Assembly (NCBI GenBank): GCA_039811685.1
Contig: JBDHZC010000008.1
Location: 64,001-128,000 of the forward strand
Length of the DNA stretch: 64,000 nt
DNA from: Armatimonadota bacterium
Lineage (GTDB): Bacteria; Armatimonadota; UBA5829; DSUL01
Direction of reading: 5' to 3'
Made by a program: the position numbers and the translations under genes. The notes beneath the pieces are model-generated. The model searched no databases and was not told where the DNA came from. It saw only the letters and a program-made list of their open reading frames with translations. Positions 1 to 9,033 of this stretch are shown in pieces. Position 1 is the first letter of the stretch. Each line of letters opens with the position of its first letter.

Positions 1-461
1 TCATGGATATACTCACCTTCACCGAAATACATCTGTCCAAACAGCCCCGCACGCGCGATAGCCCGGACCAGAACGATGTCCCGGACGTAGCAGTAGTTCT
101 CCGCAAGCATGTAGGTGGCGGGGCTTTGATGTGCGGCAATCGTCAGCGCCCGGGCTTCCTCCATACTTACGCATGCGGATACTTCACTTAGAACGTGGAT
201 TCCACGCTCAAGCGCGGCGATGGCCTGCTGCGCATGAAGGTGCATTGGCGTTCCGATAACCACAGCATCCAGCTTCGCTTCGTCCAGCATGCGCTCGTAG
301 TCTGCGTAGAGCTCTGAGACTCCGATAGAAGCCCCTGCGGAGCGGAGGCCTTCTTCGTTGATGTCGCACAGCGCTTCGATACGGGTCTGTGGATTGTGGA
401 TAAAGGGCGTGAAAAACCCACCCCCGCGTCCCGCGCAACCGGCGATTCCCACTCTGATCAT
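1..461 (-). CDS. Gfo/Idh/MocA family oxidoreductase (3' end runs off the window)
   Basis: Translated by hand; absent from the ORF track. ATG at 461 gives MIRVGIAGCAGRGGG...LCDINEE...LDAVVIGTPMHLHAQQAIAALERGIHVLSEV...YMLAENYCY...YFGEGEYIH, open to base 1. Confidence 0.9.
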   Translation of the reverse strand, partial: MIRVGIAGCAGRGGGFFTPFIHNPQTRIEALCDINEEGLRSAGASIGVSELYADYERMLDEAKLDAVVIGTPMHLHAQQAIAALERGIHVLSEVSACVSMEEARALTIAAHQSPATYMLAENYCYVRDIVLVRAIARAGLFGQMYFGEGEYIH

Positions 462-640
462 TTGTCCTGCCTGTCCGATATCTGATTTTGCGATCGTCTT
501 TCGAGCTCTTCGAGACAGCGCGAATACACTCCTACCCTCACTGGATAAATGTTTTGGAAGCTGCAGGATTGAACATTCTTGCGCAAAAGGGTGTCACCAT
601 AGTAGAAACTGCGGGTCACAGCCCGCGAGGAAAGAGGCTC

Positions 641-2884
641 ATGCACGTCCTCCCCCGCGACGTACAGCAGAAGGTTCATTCGCTCCTGAACGGCTCAACC
701 ATTCGCCTGAGTCTGGAAAGTGATCTGGACGAAAGCGGAAACTCCGGACACCGCTACCTGGTCGCAACTGATGAGCGTCTTCTCATTCTGTCTCAAAACG
801 GCCGTGGCGCCACCGTAGACCACGACATCCCGATAAAAGACATTCTAGAGGTCAAGGCGGAGCCTTATATCGGAAGCGGCTGCCTGTGCGCCAACCTCAA
901 TGGCACGACCGTCCCGCTGATCCGTTATACCAATTCTGTTGCGCGGGAGTTCGGCTACGGCGCGCGGGTTCTGAGCGCGCTGAAAAAAGGTGAGGAGCCG
1001 CCTCTGGCGACGGATGACGACCGCACGCGCCGCTGCCCCACCTGCGGCTTTCCCCTGGAAGCGGACTCTCAGGTTTGCCGCAACTGCGTAAATCGGCTGC
1101 AGGCGATCTCGCGGCTGCTGAGCTACCTGAAGCCATACAGGCATCTGGTGGCGCTGACCGTTCTACTTATGATCAGCGCGCAGGTGCTGCGTCTTGCCCC
1201 ACCCTATCTGACCAAGATTCTGATTGACGACGTGCTGCGGATCGCCGAGCCGTTCAAGGGCCATGTGCCACCACTTCTGCACGCGGGATTGATGCGCGCG
1301 CTGGGGTTGATTGTGCTCGGACTGATCGCGACGAGCGTTGCGGCTATGGCGCTGGATATCGTTCAGACGCGGCTGAACGCCTTTCTTGGCGGTAAGGTGA
1401 CCCACGACGTGCGCATGGAGCTGTACTCCTCCCTCCACCGCATGCCCGTGAGTTTTTTCGACAAGCGCCAGACGGGGTCCGTGATCTCGCGCGTTTCACA
1501 GGACGCAAGCTCCCTGCAGGAGTTTCTCACGCACAACGTTCAGTTTTTCATCACCAACAGCCTGATGCTGGTGCTGGTGTTGATCATTCTGTTCCGGGAA
1601 AACTGGAAGCTGGCGGCTTTGACTCTGATTCCCGCGCCACTGGTTTCGATTGGCGCGCGGATGGTTTTCAAGCGCATGCGATGGATGTTTCGCAGGATGT
1701 GGCATCGCTGGAGCCAGCTTCACTCGGCGATGTCGGATTCGCTTCAGGGCTTGCGCGTCGTGAAGGCCTTTGCGCAGGAGAGTCGGGAAATCCAGCGCTT
1801 CAACGAGCGCTCTACCGCGCTTTATGAAGCCAATGTTGAGGCCAATCAGGCGATGGGCACGATCATGCCGCTGCTGCAGTTTTTCCTGACCAGCGGCCAG
1901 TTCATCGTGTGGTACGCGGGCGGAATCGGCGTTATCAACGTTGGTGTGACGACGGGCACGCTGGTGATGTTCATCGGCTATATCGGCATGCTGTACGGGC
2001 CCCTGCAGATTGTGACCCGGATGTGGGACTGGATGAGCCGCAACCTGGCGGCTGCCGAACGTATTTTCGAGGTGATGGACGCCGAGCCTGAAGAAGCCGA
2101 ACCTGATAAACAGGTGCACGTCAAAGATGTCAACGGGCGTGTGGCGTTCAACAATGTGAGCTTTGGGTACGACCCGAACAACCCGGTGTTGCACGATGTT
2201 ACCGTAGAGGTGGAGCCGGGTGAGATGATTGGGCTGGTTGGACACTCGGGAGCGGGAAAATCTACGCTGATCAACCTGCTGGCGCGCTTCTACACTCCGC
2301 AATCGGGCGCCATCACCATTGACGGCATTGATACCAAGGAAATGAGCGCGGAAGACCTGCGCCGGCAGATTGGATTCGTCGCGCAGGACCCCTATCTCTT
2401 CAGCGGGACGATTATGGACAACATCGCCTACGCCAAACCCAGCGCTTCGCCGGAGGAGATTATCCGGGCAGCCAAAGCCGCCAACGCCCACGACTTCATC
2501 GTCAACTTTCCTGACGGATACGAAACGCAGGTGGGTGAGCGGGGGCAGTCGCTCTCAGGAGGGGAGCGCCAGCGGATTTCCATTGCGCGGGCGATTCTGC
2601 ACAACCCGCGTATCCTGATTCTGGACGAGGCGACAAGCTCCGTAGACACGGCAACAGAAAAACAGATTCAGGAGGCGCTTTCCCGGCTGGTGGAAGACCG
2701 GACAACCTTTGCCATCGCGCATCGCCTCTCCACGCTGCGCAACGCCGACCGCCTGCTGGTGCTGGACCATGGTAAGCTGGCCGAGCTGGGGACACACGAG
2801 GAGTTGATGGAAAAGGGCGGAGTCTATGCAAAGCTGGTGGAGATGCAGACGGAGATGAACAGAATCGTGGCGGTGGGCGGATGA
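641..2884 (+). CDS. ABC exporter (fused TMD + NBD) with N-terminal extension and CxxC...CxxC zinc ribbon
   Basis: Walker A GHSGAGKST, signature LSGGERQR, Walker B ILILDEAT, TM region; RCPTCG...CRNC precedes the TMD; ATG 641 follows GAGGAAAGAGG. Confidence 0.92.
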   Translation: MHVLPRDVQQKVHSLLNGSTIRLSLESDLDESGNSGHRYLVATDERLLILSQNGRGATVDHDIPIKDILEVKAEPYIGSGCLCANLNGTTVPLIRYTNSVAREFGYGARVLSALKKGEEPPLATDDDRTRRCPTCGFPLEADSQVCRNCVNRLQAISRLLSYLKPYRHLVALTVLLMISAQVLRLAPPYLTKILIDDVLRIAEPFKGHVPPLLHAGLMRALGLIVLGLIATSVAAMALDIVQTRLNAFLGGKVTHDVRMELYSSLHRMPVSFFDKRQTGSVISRVSQDASSLQEFLTHNVQFFITNSLMLVLVLIILFRENWKLAALTLIPAPLVSIGARMVFKRMRWMFRRMWHRWSQLHSAMSDSLQGLRVVKAFAQESREIQRFNERSTALYEANVEANQAMGTIMPLLQFFLTSGQFIVWYAGGIGVINVGVTTGTLVMFIGYIGMLYGPLQIVTRMWDWMSRNLAAAERIFEVMDAEPEEAEPDKQVHVKDVNGRVAFNNVSFGYDPNNPVLHDVTVEVEPGEMIGLVGHSGAGKSTLINLLARFYTPQSGAITIDGIDTKEMSAEDLRRQIGFVAQDPYLFSGTIMDNIAYAKPSASPEEIIRAAKAANAHDFIVNFPDGYETQVGERGQSLSGGERQRISIARAILHNPRILILDEATSSVDTATEKQIQEALSRLVEDRTTFAIAHRLSTLRNADRLLVLDHGKLAELGTHEELMEKGGVYAKLVEMQTEMNRIVAVGG

Positions 2885-3420
2885 AGGATGCGAGAGAGAG
2901 CATCAGGCACGGCGAGCGGGCGCTGGATGATGCCGCGAAGGTGCGCTACCTGACACCAGAGGAGTTGCGCTTCTTCTTGAGCCCGGGCGGCGCGGTATGC
3001 GTTACGGTCGGTGAGGAGCGGACGCTGCTCAGCTTCTCGGCGCGCCGATGTTTTCCCCTCTCCGGCGCCTCTCACTACGTCTCCTTACGGGACGGCGCGG
3101 GAGAGGAAGTGGGGATCATCCGCGACCTGGAGCTGATGCCGGAACAGGCGCGGGCATGGCTGGAGGAGGATCTGGAGCGGCGCTATTACACGCCTCAGAT
3201 TCTCTCGATTGAGCGCTTCCGCCAGCGCTGGGGCGGCGCCGAGTGGGAAGTGACTACCAATCGCGGCCCACGTAAGTTCATCACCCGCAGTATTTATGAT
3301 GCCGTGACCTCTCCCTCGCCGAGCCGGGCGCTTGTGACAGATATTGACGGCAACCGGTATGAGGTCGAGGTCCCACGGCTGGATGAGCGCAGCCGTGGGA
3401 TCCTGGAGCGGGTGCTCTGA
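2881..3420 (+). CDS. DUF1854 domain protein
   Basis: RCFPLS...YVSLRD...EVGII...RYYTPQI...WEVTTNRG...TDIDGNRY pattern; ATGA overlap with the ABC gene stop. Confidence 0.85.
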   Translation: MKDARESIRHGERALDDAAKVRYLTPEELRFFLSPGGAVCVTVGEERTLLSFSARRCFPLSGASHYVSLRDGAGEEVGIIRDLELMPEQARAWLEEDLERRYYTPQILSIERFRQRWGGAEWEVTTNRGPRKFITRSIYDAVTSPSPSRALVTDIDGNRYEVEVPRLDERSRGILERVL

Positions 3421-3466
3421 GTGTCTCCGCCTCTCAACTGCACCTGCCCGGTCACTAGTGCGCAGG

Positions 3467-6400
3467 TCAGGGCTTTACAATATCCGCGGCGTCCCGGACT
3501 CGCACCATCGGATACAGATCGCTTCCGACCTTGTAGCAGGAGCTGGCGCCGGTGACGGTGACAAACTGGCCGACGGTGGGCAGACTCAAGCCAGGGGCGA
3601 AGATACGCACGCCTTCGTGGCCGTCACTGTCCTGCAACAACTCCGAAGAGTGCCAGGTGCTGCCGTCTGAGACAGTGAAGTACTGACCGTTCGGATCAAC
3701 ATAGGTTACTTTGCCAGTGAGACGGACAAGCAGACCAATGTTGTTTATCCCAAGCCCAGCCTTAATCCCTTGCTGGCCCGTACCAGCTGAGGCAGAGTAG
3801 TCCGAACTCGCCGCTCCACCAAGTGACCTCGCAGTCATCTTGAGAGCTGCCAGAGCCTGGCCTGAGATTCCCGAAGCGCTTGAGGCGGCTATATAGCGCT
3901 CACCATCTGAATTGGTGGCCATAGTCCCAGCTATGGTTGCCGACTGGCCGGCACTCAATCCGTGAGCGGTCTTTTCCACTCGTATGCCGCAGGCGCGGTC
4001 TACCTGCTCCACATAGAACGCATCTGGCCAAACCGCTGTCACAATGACACCCGAGAGTGAAACCTGAGCGCCGTCTGTGCGGCCGCGGGCTTCAGGGATA
4101 TTGGCTGCCGGCAGCTCAAGCACATACTCATCTGCTCCAATATCCACGTGCAGGCCGCTAATGCGTGGTTGACCGTCCATATCCGTCAGCAACCAGGTTG
4201 GCACGGCCGAATCCAGCCCGGCGTCTATACACGGTGAGGCGCTCTGCAAGTGAAAATCCCCATTGACGCGGTCAACAAACAGCGGGGCAACATTGATATC
4301 TCCTGCTCCAGCGCTCAGGCCAGAGTAATCTGTCTTGCCGGGATTGTAAACGCAGTTGCTGTTGAGCGTTGGAGTACCGCTGCCGCTCCTGGATACTCCG
4401 GTCGAGTTGAAGGCGACGATGTTGTTTGTGATGGTCGAGGAGGAGTTAGAACAGGAGATACCAGGGGCGTTTCCATAGATGGTGTTGTTGGTGATCGCCG
4501 GGGACGAGGAGTCGCAATAGATACCAGCTTTATTGTTTCCGGTGATGGTGTTGTTGGCGATGGCCGGAGAGGAGGAGACGCGACAGTAGACACCATAGTT
4601 GTTCCCCGAGATGATATTGTTGGTGATGGCCGGGGAGGAGGAGTCGCAGTTGATACCATAATTGATGTTCCCCGAGATGGTGTTGTTCGCAATGGCCGGG
4701 GAGGAGGAGTCGCAGTAGATACCATTATCGCCGTCCCACACAGTGAACCCGTCCAGGGCGCTCGCCTGGTAACCCCCCTTGGAGCTCACCACATACCCCG
4801 TGTTGCTTCCGTCCAGGAAGCTCCTGTTGGTTTTCCTGTCTCGCTGCCCACGGTTAGTTTCTACGCCCGCAAAACCGCCATACACATAAGCATACGGGCG
4901 CAATATCACGTGCTCGAAGTAACTGCCGGCTGCAACCCAGACCTCCCCGCCTGCCGCAGAAGCAGCGTCTATCCCCGCCTGAACCGTGCGCTTGGCAAGA
5001 GACCAACTGCTGCCGTCATGCGCAGCGTCATCCACCCCGGATGGGCTCACTCTGACCACCACGGGTTGATACTCTGGCCACACGGCGCCATTGGACTCAT
5101 CCGCCCCGATATCCACATGCGCGCCCTGTATGCGCGTCTGACCGTCCATATCCTTCCAACCTGACTGCACAGCGCTATCCGTTCCTGCATTCACACACGG
5201 CGAATCTGGCTGAATATGCAGCCGTCCATACTGGACAGACTGGAGCTTCGGGTCAGAATTGATGTCCCCTGCGCCAGCGCTCAGGCCGTCGTAGTTCACC
5301 CCACCCGGATTGTAAACGCAGTTGTTGTTGAGCGTTGGTGTTCCGCTGTCAGGCGCGTTGTAAATCCCCTGCGCGTTGAAGGCAACGATGTTATTTGTGA
5401 TCGCGGGGGAGGAGGAGCGCTCGCAGTAGACACCGTAGCCGTTCTTCGACATGGTGTTGTTGGCGATAGCCGGGGAGGCGGAGTTGTAGCAGTAAATACC
5501 ACGGCCGTTCCCCGAGATGATATTGTTGGCGATGATCGGAGAGGAGGATGTGTAGCAGGAAATACCATACCTGTTCCCCGAGATGGTGTTGTTGGCAATG
5601 CCCGGAGTGGAGGAGCCTTCGCACTTGATACCGTTGCCGCTCCCCGCGATGGTATTGTTGGCGATGGCCGGAGAGGAGGAGGAGGAGCAGCCAATGCCTC
5701 GATCCCAGTTCCCCGAGATGCTGTTGTTCGTTATGGCCGGAGAGGCGTGGGCGCAGACGATGCCATCGCGGCTCTCCGAGATGGTGTTGTTGGCGATAGC
5801 GGGGGAGGACAAGTAGCAGTAAACGTTGGTGCCGTAGATAATGCCCAAGGTAACAGTGCCGTTTCCCGAGATGGTGTTGTTGGTGATGGTCGGGGAGGAG
5901 GACGTGCAGTAGATGCCGTAATCGTTGTTCCCCGAGACGGTGTTGTTCGTGATGGTCGGGGAGGCGGAGTTTGCGCAGTAAATACCACGGCCGTTCCCCG
6001 AGATGGTGTTGTTGGCGACGATCGGGGAGGAGGAGGAACAGTAGATACCCCTGGAGCCGTTCCTCACGGTAAACCCGTCCAGCACTGTCGTCGCGGCGGC
6101 GCCGGAAGGAGGCGTTACTACATCGCCGCTCCCCATCCCGTTAAGGACGGTAGAGTTGGCCTGCCAGTTCCTCTGCGATCGACTGGTTTCCGTTCCGGCG
6201 AATCCACCGTACAGCCCTACCCCTTCCTTGAGAGTAAGCTTTTCAAGATACGGGTGCGCCGAATCGCCTGCCACCCAAACCTCGTCGCCAGACGCTGACG
6301 CGGCGATGGCTGCGGTCACGGTCTGGTAGGCGTTGGACCAGGTATTTCCCGGGCCGTTGGTGGATGAGTCCCACTTCACGCGGATAACGGCTGCGCCGGC

Positions 6401-6472
6401 AGCGTTACACAAAAGGCTTGACGCGAGCGCCAGCCCGGGCAAAAGACACAAGAAAGGGCGAAACAAACGCAT
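3467..6472 (-). CDS. Secreted right-handed parallel beta-helix (NosD-like repeat) protein with two duplicated modules and a C-terminal OB-like module
   Basis: Signal peptide MRLFRPFLCLL...; many GIYCxxSSPxIxNNTIxGN repeats; two SPC(V/I)xAG...DMDGQxRIxGxHVDIGADE caps; GGGAGGA RBS before ATG 6472. Confidence 0.9.
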   Translation of the reverse strand: MRLFRPFLCLLPGLALASSLLCNAAGAAVIRVKWDSSTNGPGNTWSNAYQTVTAAIAASASGDEVWVAGDSAHPYLEKLTLKEGVGLYGGFAGTETSRSQRNWQANSTVLNGMGSGDVVTPPSGAAATTVLDGFTVRNGSRGIYCSSSSPIVANNTISGNGRGIYCANSASPTITNNTVSGNNDYGIYCTSSSPTITNNTISGNGTVTLGIIYGTNVYCYLSSPAIANNTISESRDGIVCAHASPAITNNSISGNWDRGIGCSSSSSPAIANNTIAGSGNGIKCEGSSTPGIANNTISGNRYGISCYTSSSPIIANNIISGNGRGIYCYNSASPAIANNTMSKNGYGVYCERSSSPAITNNIVAFNAQGIYNAPDSGTPTLNNNCVYNPGGVNYDGLSAGAGDINSDPKLQSVQYGRLHIQPDSPCVNAGTDSAVQSGWKDMDGQTRIQGAHVDIGADESNGAVWPEYQPVVVRVSPSGVDDAAHDGSSWSLAKRTVQAGIDAASAAGGEVWVAAGSYFEHVILRPYAYVYGGFAGVETNRGQRDRKTNRSFLDGSNTGYVVSSKGGYQASALDGFTVWDGDNGIYCDSSSPAIANNTISGNINYGINCDSSSPAITNNIISGNNYGVYCRVSSSPAIANNTITGNNKAGIYCDSSSPAITNNTIYGNAPGISCSNSSSTITNNIVAFNSTGVSRSGSGTPTLNSNCVYNPGKTDYSGLSAGAGDINVAPLFVDRVNGDFHLQSASPCIDAGLDSAVPTWLLTDMDGQPRISGLHVDIGADEYVLELPAANIPEARGRTDGAQVSLSGVIVTAVWPDAFYVEQVDRACGIRVEKTAHGLSAGQSATIAGTMATNSDGERYIAASSASGISGQALAALKMTARSLGGAASSDYSASAGTGQQGIKAGLGINNIGLLVRLTGKVTYVDPNGQYFTVSDGSTWHSSELLQDSDGHEGVRIFAPGLSLPTVGQFVTVTGASSCYKVGSDLYPMVRVRDAADIVKP
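4410..6060 (-). repeat. Two arrays of coding tandem repeats (about 66-69 nt unit) inside the beta-helix gene
   Basis: Recurrent GAGATGGTGTTGTTGGCGAT...GGGGAGGAGG units; 31-bp exact copy at 5489-5519 and 5975-6005. Confidence 0.9.
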
Positions 6473-6629
6473 AAAAATCCTCCCGCCGCTCTGTCGCGGC
6501 AGACTGCGGGGAACTGAGAAATCCCGATTCCGCATCTTCGTTTTTCCTCGGATACAGCGAACCGGGATGTGGTATGAACTCTGCGCTTGAACTAGCGCTG
6601 TCGTCATCCAACACACAAGCAGTAAACCC

Positions 6630-6660
6630 ATGGTAACACGCGCATTTCATGGCGTGTCAA
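6630..6660 (-). promoter_or_regulatory. Possible sigma70 promoter for the beta-helix gene
   Basis: Minus strand TTGACA-19 nt-TACCAT with a TG extended -10 motif; the spacer is longer than the usual 17. Confidence 0.35.
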
Positions 6661-6771
6661 GACCAGAATCAGACCAATCGTGCGGCAGAAAACACTGACA
6701 GTATGTTTATCGGCGCAAATTGTTCTTTTTGAGATAGTGGCCGCTTGCGAAGACGGACCATGCGTTTCGTG

Positions 6772-7839
6772 TCAAGCCAGCCACTTGTCCCTGTGGGCCT
6801 GGACGAAGGTGTCATCGGTCAGGTGCGGGTAGGCGTGGCAGATACGGTCTATCTGCTGTAACTGTCCGGGGGAGAGGTGTTCGTCGGGGTCCAGCGTGAT
6901 GAGATTCTCAAGCAGCCCCTGGCGGCGGAGGATTTCGTGGATTCCGGGGATGCAGCCGTGAAAGCTGTTGGCGGCGTCAAAGATGCTGGAGTTGGCGTCG
7001 GTAAGCTGTGCGCCGAGGGTGAGCCATTTCTGGACGTGGAAATCCTCGTGGGTGACGCAGGCTTTGATCTGCTCCAGCAGCTCAACCGCGCGGTGAGTCC
7101 AGACTGCCCACTGCCCGAGCAGGCCGCCTGTAATCCGAAGAGACACAGACCGGCCGTTCACAGGGAACTCAAAGCGCGTCAGCAGATCGGGGATGATGTT
7201 GTCGTCGTTGCCTGTGTAGAGCGCAACGTCCGCTTCCCTCCCGCTATCCGCGACCGCGTGCAGCACATCCAGCGTCTGATAGCGGTTGAAGGGCGCGATC
7301 TTGATGGCGACGACGTTTTCGATCTGCGCGAAGCGACGCCAGAACTCATATCCCAGCAGCCGCCCGCCGACCGCCGGTTGCAGATAGAACCCGACAACAG
7401 GGAGAACCTGAGCGACTTCGCGGGCGTGCGCGATAAGCTCATCTACCGTGGCGTCTTGAAGCGCGGCAAGGCTGAGAAGGCCGGCATGGTAGCCGAGAGA
7501 CGCTGCCAGCCGCGCTTCCTGAAGCGCCTGCGCAGTCGCGCCGCAGACTCCCGCGATGAGAACGGGCGGATGAGGGCTTTGGCGGGCGGTTTCGGCGGCA
7601 AGCTCCAGAACGGGCTGCAGGAGTCCGATCTCGGGCTTGCGGATGGCAAACTGCGTGGTGTGGACACCAACGGCAATGCCACCCGCGCCAGCGGCCACAT
7701 AGTAGCGCGTCAACGCGCGCTGGCGGCGCTCATCCAGCTTGCGCTCAGAGGTCAGGGCGAGCGGATGCGCGGGGATGACGAGCCCGCTCCTTAGAAGACG
7801 GCGCAGATCGGTGAGACTTTGCGGTGAGGATGTAGTCAT
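6772..7839 (-). CDS. Dihydrodipicolinate synthase (DapA/NAL)-like family protein
   Basis: IPAHPLAL, GIAVGVHTTQF, FYLQPAVGG, VAIKIAPFNRY (Schiff-base Lys), LYTGNDD. Confidence 0.88.
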   Translation of the reverse strand: MTTSSPQSLTDLRRLLRSGLVIPAHPLALTSERKLDERRQRALTRYYVAAGAGGIAVGVHTTQFAIRKPEIGLLQPVLELAAETARQSPHPPVLIAGVCGATAQALQEARLAASLGYHAGLLSLAALQDATVDELIAHAREVAQVLPVVGFYLQPAVGGRLLGYEFWRRFAQIENVVAIKIAPFNRYQTLDVLHAVADSGREADVALYTGNDDNIIPDLLTRFEFPVNGRSVSLRITGGLLGQWAVWTHRAVELLEQIKACVTHEDFHVQKWLTLGAQLTDANSSIFDAANSFHGCIPGIHEILRRQGLLENLITLDPDEHLSPGQLQQIDRICHAYPHLTDDTFVQAHRDKWLA

Positions 7840-8889
7840 CTAAAACCGTCCATCCCGCTGCTCGAAGTGCGTTGGCTTGTTGAGCGTGCGTCCACCGGAC
7901 TCTACCCAGTGCGCAATCCAGCGCATCATCTGCTCGATGGAGACCACTGGCGCTCCAAAGAGCGATGCGGCTTTGCCGGCGTTCAGAACGAGGGCATCCG
8001 GGGCCTCTTCGCCGGTGATGACGGGAGGGCGTCCGAGGAGCCTTCCGAACCCTTCCGCAGTCTCCCGGATGGAGATAATTGGCCCGGTGATGTTCAGGAC
8101 GGAAGGCGGAGTGGAGGCGTGCAGAAGCGAACGCAGACACCAGGCGTTGGCGTCACCCTGCCAGATGACGGCGGCGTGTCCCGTCGTCACGTCCACAGGA
8201 TCACCTGTCCAGACTTTCTGGGCGACGTCGGCGAGGACACCGTAGCGCAGGTCTATCGCATAGCTGATGCGCAAGAGAACCGCCGGCGTGGAGTTGATGT
8301 TCGAGAAGTGCTGAAAAATGCGTTCGCGCCCGAGACACGACTGGGCGTATTCTCCGACAGGGCCGACCGGACTGGTTTCCAGCGACCCGCCCGCGCTGAC
8401 AGGGCTGAGCGGATAGACATTTCCGGTGGAGAATACGGCGAAGCGGGAGTGAGGATAGCGTTCGGCGACGATGCCGGGAAGGTAGCAGTTCATAGCCCAG
8501 GTCAGCGATTCCGCGCCTGTTGAGCCGAACTTTCGCCCGGCCATAAAGACGATGTTTTCGGCTTCGGGCAGCTCGGCGTGGGCTTTTCTGTCCAGCAGAT
8601 CGGCTGCAACCGTCCTGATGCCCCACTCTTCCAGGCGGGCGCGAGATGAGGGGTCTGAGAAGCGCGCGACGACCGTGACGCCGCCCGGATGCCCGGCTTC
8701 CTGGAGCGCGCGCTGCGCCTGGCGAGCAAGTGTCGGTCCCATCTTCCCGGCGCCGCCAAGAATCAGAATATCGCCGTCCAGTTTGGATAAATCGTCAATG
8801 AGAGCAGGAGACGGCGTACTCAGAACGTCATCAAGCTGTTGTTCTGAGGTGATGGTTGATGGCGGTTCGAGAGAGACTTGCGATTTCAT
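7840..8889 (-). CDS. NAD-dependent epimerase/dehydratase family protein
   Basis: GGAGKMG Rossmann motif, AGRKFG, FSTGNVYP, YAQSCLGRE; likely ATG at 8889 after GAAGGA. Confidence 0.88.
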   Translation of the reverse strand: MKSQVSLEPPSTITSEQQLDDVLSTPSPALIDDLSKLDGDILILGGAGKMGPTLARQAQRALQEAGHPGGVTVVARFSDPSSRARLEEWGIRTVAADLLDRKAHAELPEAENIVFMAGRKFGSTGAESLTWAMNCYLPGIVAERYPHSRFAVFSTGNVYPLSPVSAGGSLETSPVGPVGEYAQSCLGRERIFQHFSNINSTPAVLLRISYAIDLRYGVLADVAQKVWTGDPVDVTTGHAAVIWQGDANAWCLRSLLHASTPPSVLNITGPIISIRETAEGFGRLLGRPPVITGEEAPDALVLNAGKAASLFGAPVVSIEQMMRWIAHWVESGGRTLNKPTHFEQRDGRF

Positions 8890-9033
8890 ATATCCTTCAA
8901 AGCTTTCGAGAGAGCGCAAAGAGCGCGGAGTCTGGTCATGTCCGTCTGTGCCTCCTATAATAGCGGAGATCGGAGCTGCTTGCGAGACACTTTCGCTCGG
9001 AGAACCAGGAGATGCGACGGAGATGGAGGCTTG

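Noticed and set aside
188..438. Short ORFs 188-421 and 208-438
   Set aside because: Alternative frames of the real Gfo/Idh/MocA gene at 1-461 on the minus strand.
4410..6060. AAC-rich repeats as a DGR template/variable repeat, or as a CRISPR array
   Set aside because: The repeats are in-frame coding coils, their differences are not confined to adenines, and there is no reverse transcriptase or cas gene in the window.
4250..6298. Long plus-strand ORFs (304 and 360 aa) with VVGDGRGG repeats
   Set aside because: Antisense shadows of the repetitive beta-helix gene.
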